DNA of 64,000 nucleotides from Nemertoderma westbladi (taxonomy: Eukaryota > Animalia > Xenacoelomorpha): positions 1-64,000 of the forward strand of contig JAUCBJ010007477.1 of the NCBI GenBank assembly GCA_032718475.1. The letters are read 5' to 3'. A program made the translations under genes and the position numbers. Of the stretch, positions 57,777 through 64,000 are shown piece by piece. The notes below the pieces were generated by a model. That model worked only from the letters and a program-made list of their open reading frames with translations, had not been told where the DNA came from and ran no database searches. Position 1 is the first letter of the stretch. The number at the start of each line of letters is the position of its first letter.

Positions 57777-58865
57777 ATGCCTCGCAAGATGAAACCGATT
57801 TTAAGCCGAAGCTTAGACAAAAAACTGTTAAGAATTTATTTAGATCCTTCATCCCCTGTGGGATTTGCAAGTGTTGCAAAATTAGCAAAAGCTGCAAACA
57901 TCAAACCAGCGCAAGCCCAGAAATGGTTGAGCGGGCAAAAGACATATACCCTTCACACTCCACGTAGACAACATTATCCAACATCTAAAATATTTACGGG
58001 AGGCATAAAAGATATATATATGATAGATCTGGTGGATATGCAGCAATATAAATCGCAAAATAATAATTATAACTATATATTAACGTGCATTGATGCCTTC
58101 AGTCGGCTTGCTTTTGCCTATGCTATGAAAACAAAAATGGGTGTTGAAATTATTAGTATATTGCAAAAAATATTCCAGAAAGGAAAACCAAACAGAATCG
58201 CCACAGATCAAGGTTCTGAGTTTCTAAATAAATCTGTAAGGAAATATTTAGATACGTTAGGTATACAGTATTACGTAATGTATTCTGTGAATAAGGCGGC
58301 TATTGTCGAGAGATTCAACAGAACCTTAAAAACAAAGATGTTCAAAATTTTCACGCAAAGGGGAAATAATATTTGGATTAAAATTTTACCTAAGCTTATC
58401 TCGGCTTATAATAGGTCGTATCATAGGACAATAAAAATGACGCCTATTGAAGTTAATAAATTTAATGAAACTGAATTAATGAATAGATTATATGGGAAAT
58501 ATAGACAGATAAATCACAAGAAAATAAAATTTAAAGTTGGAGATACAGTACGATTATCTATTGCTCGTACTGCTTTTGCTAAAGGCTATCGAGAACAATG
58601 GACACGTGAATTATTTATTATTCATCGTGTCAGGTTGGATAGAGTACCAGCGGTAATGTTCGATATTAAGGACAGCGCTGGAGCTATAATAAAGGGCTCA
58701 TTTTATTTTCACGAACTCCAAAAGGTCCACCCGAATAGTAATATTTATCTAGCAATTGACAAAAATATTGGCAAACTTAAAGAACGTGTACGCAATGGGA
58801 AGAAAGAATATTTAGTCCGATTCATCGGATCCAAGAAACAGTCGTGGGTACAGCATATTCAATAA
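57777..58865 (+). CDS. rve integrase with chromodomain-like tail
   Basis: DDE motifs as at 29047. Confidence 0.95.
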   Translation: MPRKMKPILSRSLDKKLLRIYLDPSSPVGFASVAKLAKAANIKPAQAQKWLSGQKTYTLHTPRRQHYPTSKIFTGGIKDIYMIDLVDMQQYKSQNNNYNYILTCIDAFSRLAFAYAMKTKMGVEIISILQKIFQKGKPNRIATDQGSEFLNKSVRKYLDTLGIQYYVMYSVNKAAIVERFNRTLKTKMFKIFTQRGNNIWIKILPKLISAYNRSYHRTIKMTPIEVNKFNETELMNRLYGKYRQINHKKIKFKVGDTVRLSIARTAFAKGYREQWTRELFIIHRVRLDRVPAVMFDIKDSAGAIIKGSFYFHELQKVHPNSNIYLAIDKNIGKLKERVRNGKKEYLVRFIGSKKQSWVQHIQ

Positions 58866-59118
58866 GCTTAGGTTTATACTGTATATTAATTCATTTTGGT
58901 CGCATATGACCGTAATTAATCAATAATATTAACTCGAATGATATTACTATATCTATAGTTCATCCGCTTTAAATAAAGCCAGTAAAATATTGATCCCTCG
59001 CATATACTGTAGAAGATTCGACAATGAACGTGGTCACAGATGTCTATAATTTAACATTATACTGTACTGTATATACAATGGAGTCAAGTAGAGAGAGCGA
59101 GCTTAAATAATAATAATA

Positions 59119-59993
59119 ATGGCCACAGATACATATATCACTCTACTTTCAGATAGCTCATTGAACACTTATCCCAATAATAATCCTAGTGAGTTTACTG
59201 TTGATTTAGCCGAAGAATTATATATTGGTCCAAACGCCAAAATTGGACTTGCCGAGCTACAATATCAAGCAACATACAGTAATATTACGCTGCAAACTCA
59301 AATCTCGCTATCAATCGGGGTAGATGCAAAAGATGCTAAATTATATAGTTTATTTCCTGGTATGCATATAACTCTATTCAAGTCATTATTGATGATATAA
59401 ATAAACTGTTTAATTCTGAAGCGAAATATAGAGATTTCGAATTCATTTTTAATACAAATAATTCTAGAATTAAATTTAAATTTCCTAAAAAGTTGAAAAA
59501 AATACAATTAAGTCTACGTGGTGATTTAATACAAATTCTAGGCTTAAAACCGTTATTGGATCGGAATCATCCGGATATTCCGAATTGGGATATATACAGT
59601 ACCACTACAGTAGATGAATTAAGCAATATAGAACAGCCAATATTAATTTTAAATTATAGCGGGCCAAAAATTTTGGAAATTGGCATTTTAGATTTTCCAG
59701 CTCCCACGAATATAACTCGTAATAAAGACACTATCTTTATATACACAGATATTATTAAGAGCTCATTTGTTGGCGACGCTTTAGCACCGCTCTTAAGAAC
59801 CTGCCCTTTAACGCAATTAAATCGAAAATATATTAATCACGAATACGAGAGCATTTGCTATTACCCGTTGTTGAATAAAAAACTAAAAACAATATTAATT
59901 ACTTTACGTGACGGCCAAGGCGAATTAATTAACTTTAGCGGAGGTCGCACTGTTATAACACTTAAGTTAATACGGGGTGGCAGCGATGGATGA
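59119..59993 (+). pseudogene. Minor capsid protein 1, frameshifted near 59368
   Basis: 2-nt insertion relative to A2 splits the ORF. Confidence 0.85.
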
Positions 59994-60142
59994 ATTCTAC
60001 GTAAGACTACCAAGTAATTCCTGTCCAATTGATTTTCCCCGCAATAGCGCTAGTAATTATCAGATAAATTTCCATGGCGCCTTACCTATAAACCCAAACG
60101 AAAACTGGGTGGTAGGTATAAAAAGTATATTTTACTTACCTA

Positions 60143-62079
60143 CAGTCGGGGTCTCAAAGTGCATCTGTTCTTTGAGATTTTCTCAAAGTTTTTCTAAAAG
60201 TGTCTAAAAGTCATTACATTACTCCCAACGGCCGCTTTGAATTCTTGTAGACACTTTTAGTTGGGAATCTCAAAGTGATTTCCTGCTTTTAGGCACTTTT
60301 AATTCTTTGAATTCTTTGAGAAATGTCACTTTGAGTTAGGTTGCGGCACTTTGAATTCTTTGAGAAAATAAACTCTGAGGTATTCCTGATTGACAGCTCG
60401 TGGTAAGTTAACTGAGAGGCAGAGGCATTCTCGGGGAACAATATTATGCGGGCAACAAAGTGATACTTGTGTGCTGGCCAGTTGTTGACTAGAAGCTATT
60501 CCCATTAATTTATCATATTGAGGTTCCTGAGGTCATTACGGGATGGGTTTTCGGTCGCAAGTACAAATTGAATTTACGGCACCCTAAAGTCTTTCTAAAA
60601 AACATTCTTAAAAATCAAATAATACGTGAAACATAATAAATAGTGAAACAAGATCAATGATTGACAAGATTGATTATTTTAATAACATAATACAATATCA
60701 AGTTAACAATTAATATAAGAGAAACTGCACTGTAGTACCTCTGTGTATACGCAGTTTCATTATAATGACCTAAAGAAGCCCTGTTGGGAGAAAGCTTGTA
60801 ATAGCTTTTGTTATTCATTTCATTAGTCACCTGAGGTGAAACCGTACTACCTTAACTGTTTAATTAATATGATAACTATGGTGACGAGAGCGCGAGAATT
60901 CTTTCTTAAAAACGAAGAAAGGCTTTCAACTCTCAAGTACGATAAAACGGCTACAATCTTGTGTTGTTTTAGCCTAATAGAGATATTAAAATATCCCCTG
61001 CCCCTGGCGTTTATATTTGAGCATATTTTAAATGTTTGCCTCATATTCAATTGATGTGTACCGCCTTCTGGCAAAGCGGCACCCAGTTTAAGCTATCAAT
61101 CACAGCTAGCGAGTAGCGACCTAAGGACGGTGACCTTCAAACAAACAGGTGCTGAGCCGGAAAGAACTGTCGTAGGCTTTGCTTGGCTTGTTGTACCAAT
61201 TGATTTCATAATAGATTTTGGCAGACTGGGCGGTCGCTCTGACCATATGCATTGCGCACCAAGAATGCCTAAAACATCTATGGGAACAGCCAATTAGTGC
61301 GCTTGAATCATTTATCTTTATTCCTGCCTCTATCTTTATTCTTTACTTTGTATAACACAATTTACAGTGTGGCAAAGAATGGCTGGTTGACTATTGAAAT
61401 GTATTGGTAAAGGAATTCGGCGTTCACGTGGGCTAAACAAAAGTAAACAGTACAGTTTTTGTTTTAGCACTGTACATTAATATAGATAGGGCAACAGACA
61501 AACTGTCTATGACACAAATACCAACACATTCCGATAGCCCGCAATTATGGCGTCTCTAAAGAGTCCAAATATAAATTAATAAAATCCTCTACGAAACAAT
61601 AAAAATACCTACAAAAAATACTGCTGTATTAAATATTAGTTACTGAAAGTAAGAATTTAATTATTACTGCAGTAATAAAAAAATTGTCTTTTTCTGCAGT
61701 AACAAGTAATTTGTTACTGCAGTAGAAATTTTTATTCAATTATTTATTAAATTATTTTTTATTTTTTTCAATTTTTTATTACTGCAGTAATAATTAAATT
61801 CTTACTTTCAGTAACAAATATTTATTACTGCAGTATTTTTTGGAGGCATATTTATTGTTTCATAGAGGCTTTTATTACTTATAATTTACCCTATAGTCAA
61901 AGTCAATATAGCCCATACCATAGCCAGCTTCAGGCAGGACTGTATGAAATGACTGACAGTACTACTTTGAAATCTTTGAGGACACTTTGTCATTTTCTTA
62001 GACCACTTTTAGAACTTTGAGACACTTTTAGTTCTTTGAGAAAATCTCAAAGAACAGATGCACTTTGAGACCCCGACTG
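60143..62079. mobile_element. Non-autonomous Tc1/mariner-type element
   Basis: TA duplication; perfect TIR CAGTCGGGGTCTCAAAGTGCATCTGTTCTTTGAGATTTTCTCAAAG; no transposase ORF. Confidence 0.85.
61570..61885. repeat. ~300-bp internal inverted repeat with TTACTGCAGTAA palindromes
   Basis: gttactgaaagtaagaatttaattattactgcagtaataaaaaa is mirrored at ~61770-61815. Confidence 0.8.
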
Positions 62080-62771
62080 TACGTTGCCGTCCATGTATAA
62101 CAATGTAGAGAATGTTATTTTATTAAAAAAAGGAAAAAAAAATTTTGAGGATACACTTCCATCCGGTTTGTTCTACAGTATCAATGACATTATAGATTAT
62201 TTTAACACAGGGGCATTGAAAGATAAATTACAAATAGTTGAAAATACTCAGCAAAATAGGTTGCAATTTATTTTAGGGAAAACTGTGCGAGAGTTATTTA
62301 TAGGTCAACAATTAGCCTATTATTTTGGAATTACTGAAAATAATCTCGGCGCGAATTTAAATCCAAATTTTAAAATTATTTTGAAGACAAAAAATAATAT
62401 AAAGGGTTATTTAATAAAGGTTATCGGAAATGGAGAAAAAGCTTACCAGATGGTATTTTTATGCCCTCAACCACCCAATTCTATTCCAGAACCTAAGTCG
62501 AACATGTACGTGACTACTAATATAATTGAAAATCAATATATTAATGACTTTGGTTTAGCTTTACTTCGTCGTGTTGCGATACCTGATGACGTGAAATATG
62601 GTAGCGTAATAAATAAAGAATTTGTCAAGGATACAATTCATTATATCCCTGTAAAAAAATCATATAAGATAACATACATTCATATTGAAATAACAGACAA
62701 AGAAGGAAAAGATTTGAATTTTGAATACGGGACAACATCTATTACATTACACTTTAAACGTATAAATTAAA

Positions 62772-63740
62772 ATGGATTCTGATTTATTTCAAAGATTAAG
62801 TAAACCTCAATATGGCGGTTCAGACTCGAATCTTGCTGTTTTTAAAGGTGGTAGAAGTACCAGAGGTTCGACGCAAGTTCCTGTTTTTCGAGGTGGTTCA
62901 TATATTGACCCTTACGGTCAACAAATTGGCACATTTGGTCCAAACTTAAAACAACGTCGTTTTCAGCGTTATTGTAGAGGTATGCAGGCAAATCAACACG
63001 GAGAAGGTATATTTACAGACGCCTTATCGACATTGAAAAAATTTGGTAAGCCATTAGCTAAAAAAGTTTTACAGAAAGCTTTACCATTTACCACAAAATT
63101 TATGAGACAACACGTAATACCAAAAGGTAAGCGGGTCTTACATCAGCAGGCTAATACGGTTATTAATAAAGCGTTAAATAAAATGAAACCGTCAACCAGG
63201 TCAGTTGTAGAAAAAGTTTATAAAGATTTAAAGCGACCCACTAGACCAATGTCTATGAACATACATCATCGATTAATACAAATTCTAGGCTTAAAACCGT
63301 TATTGGATCGGAATCATCCGGATATTCCGAATTGGGATATATACAGTACCACTACAGTAGATGAATTAAGCAATATAGAACAGCCAATATTAATTTTAAA
63401 TTATAGCGGGCCAAAAATTTTGGAAATTGGCATTTTAGATTTTCCAGCTCCCACGAATATAACTCGTAATAAAGACACTATCTTTATATACACAGATATT
63501 ATTAAGAGCTCATTTGTTGGCGACGCTTTAGCACCGCTCTTAAGAACCTGCCCTTTAACGCAATTAAATCGAAAATATATTAATCACGAATACGAGAGCA
63601 TTTGCTATTACCCGTTGTTGAATAAAAAACTAAAAACAATATTAATTACTTTACGTGACGGCCAAGGCGAATTAATTAACTTTAGCGGAGGTCGCACTGT
63701 TATAACACTTAAGTTAATACGGGGTGGCAGCGATGGATGA
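62772..63740 (+). CDS. In-frame fusion of core protein and minor capsid 1 C-terminus at a duplication junction
   Basis: MNIHHR joins LIQILGLKP at ~63272. Confidence 0.6.
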   Translation: MDSDLFQRLSKPQYGGSDSNLAVFKGGRSTRGSTQVPVFRGGSYIDPYGQQIGTFGPNLKQRRFQRYCRGMQANQHGEGIFTDALSTLKKFGKPLAKKVLQKALPFTTKFMRQHVIPKGKRVLHQQANTVINKALNKMKPSTRSVVEKVYKDLKRPTRPMSMNIHHRLIQILGLKPLLDRNHPDIPNWDIYSTTTVDELSNIEQPILILNYSGPKILEIGILDFPAPTNITRNKDTIFIYTDIIKSSFVGDALAPLLRTCPLTQLNRKYINHEYESICYYPLLNKKLKTILITLRDGQGELINFSGGRTVITLKLIRGGSDG

Positions 63741-64000
63741 ATTCTACGTAAGACTACCAAGTAATTCCTGTCCAATTGATTTTCCCCGCAATAGCGCTAG
63801 TAATTATCAGATAAATTTCCATGGCGCCTTACCTATAAACCCAAACGAAAACTGGGTGGTAGGTATAAAAAGTATATTTTACTTAGCTACGTTGCCGTCC
63901 ATGTATAACAATGTAGAGAATGTTATTTTATTAAAAAAAGGAAAAAAAAATTTTGAGGATACACTTCCATCCGGTTTGTTCTACAGTATCAATGACATTA
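63273..64000 (+). repeat. Tandem duplication of the minor-capsid region (from ~59527), lacking the MITE
   Basis: Near-identical to 59527-60142 plus 62082 onward; empty TA site at ~63888. Confidence 0.9.

Larger units (their letters stand above)
59986..62770 (+). pseudogene. Minor capsid protein 2, split by MITE
   Basis: 59986-60142 plus 62082-62770 reproduce 31249-32097. Confidence 0.85.
54286..64000. mobile_element. Polinton family A copy A3 (continues beyond window)
   Basis: AGTAGT at 54286; gene order identical to A2. Confidence 0.93.

Noticed and set aside
60200-61560. Transposase or captured gene inside the TA-flanked element
   Set aside because: Only short ORFs without recognisable motifs

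Overview
AT-rich eukaryotic (probably invertebrate) DNA that is almost entirely a nest of Polinton/Maverick (adintovirus-like) endogenous viral elements plus secondary transposons. Family A is present three times. Copy A1 (~4041-23719) has lost its left part. Copy A2 (25075-43068) is structurally complete, with AGTAGT...ACTACT termini and a GGTAGG target-site duplication. Copy A3 (54286 to window end) is inserted into a family B capsid gene. A divergent family B contributes one end at 216-~4040 and the opposite end at 48602-54285. Core genes are recognisable: protein-primed PolB, rve integrase, packaging ATPase, adenain-like protease, major capsid, two minor capsid genes and basic core proteins. 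Secondary insertions are an intron-containing piggyBac, a Kolobok-like TTAA transposon, three LINE fragments, a TTAA MITE with an internal 163-bp satellite and a TA-flanked Tc1/mariner-type MITE. The most unusual features: (1) family A appears to carry mimics of host Pol II machinery (a TBP-like protein directly downstream of pPolB, a PC4-like protein directly upstream, and a fast-diverging DPR-motif protein), plus a RING protein and a DEDD-like protein; (2) a subterminal hairpin cassette has a conserved outer stem, a copy-specific inner stem and G-U wobble bias on the minus strand. All assignments are by eye from motifs; no searches were run.
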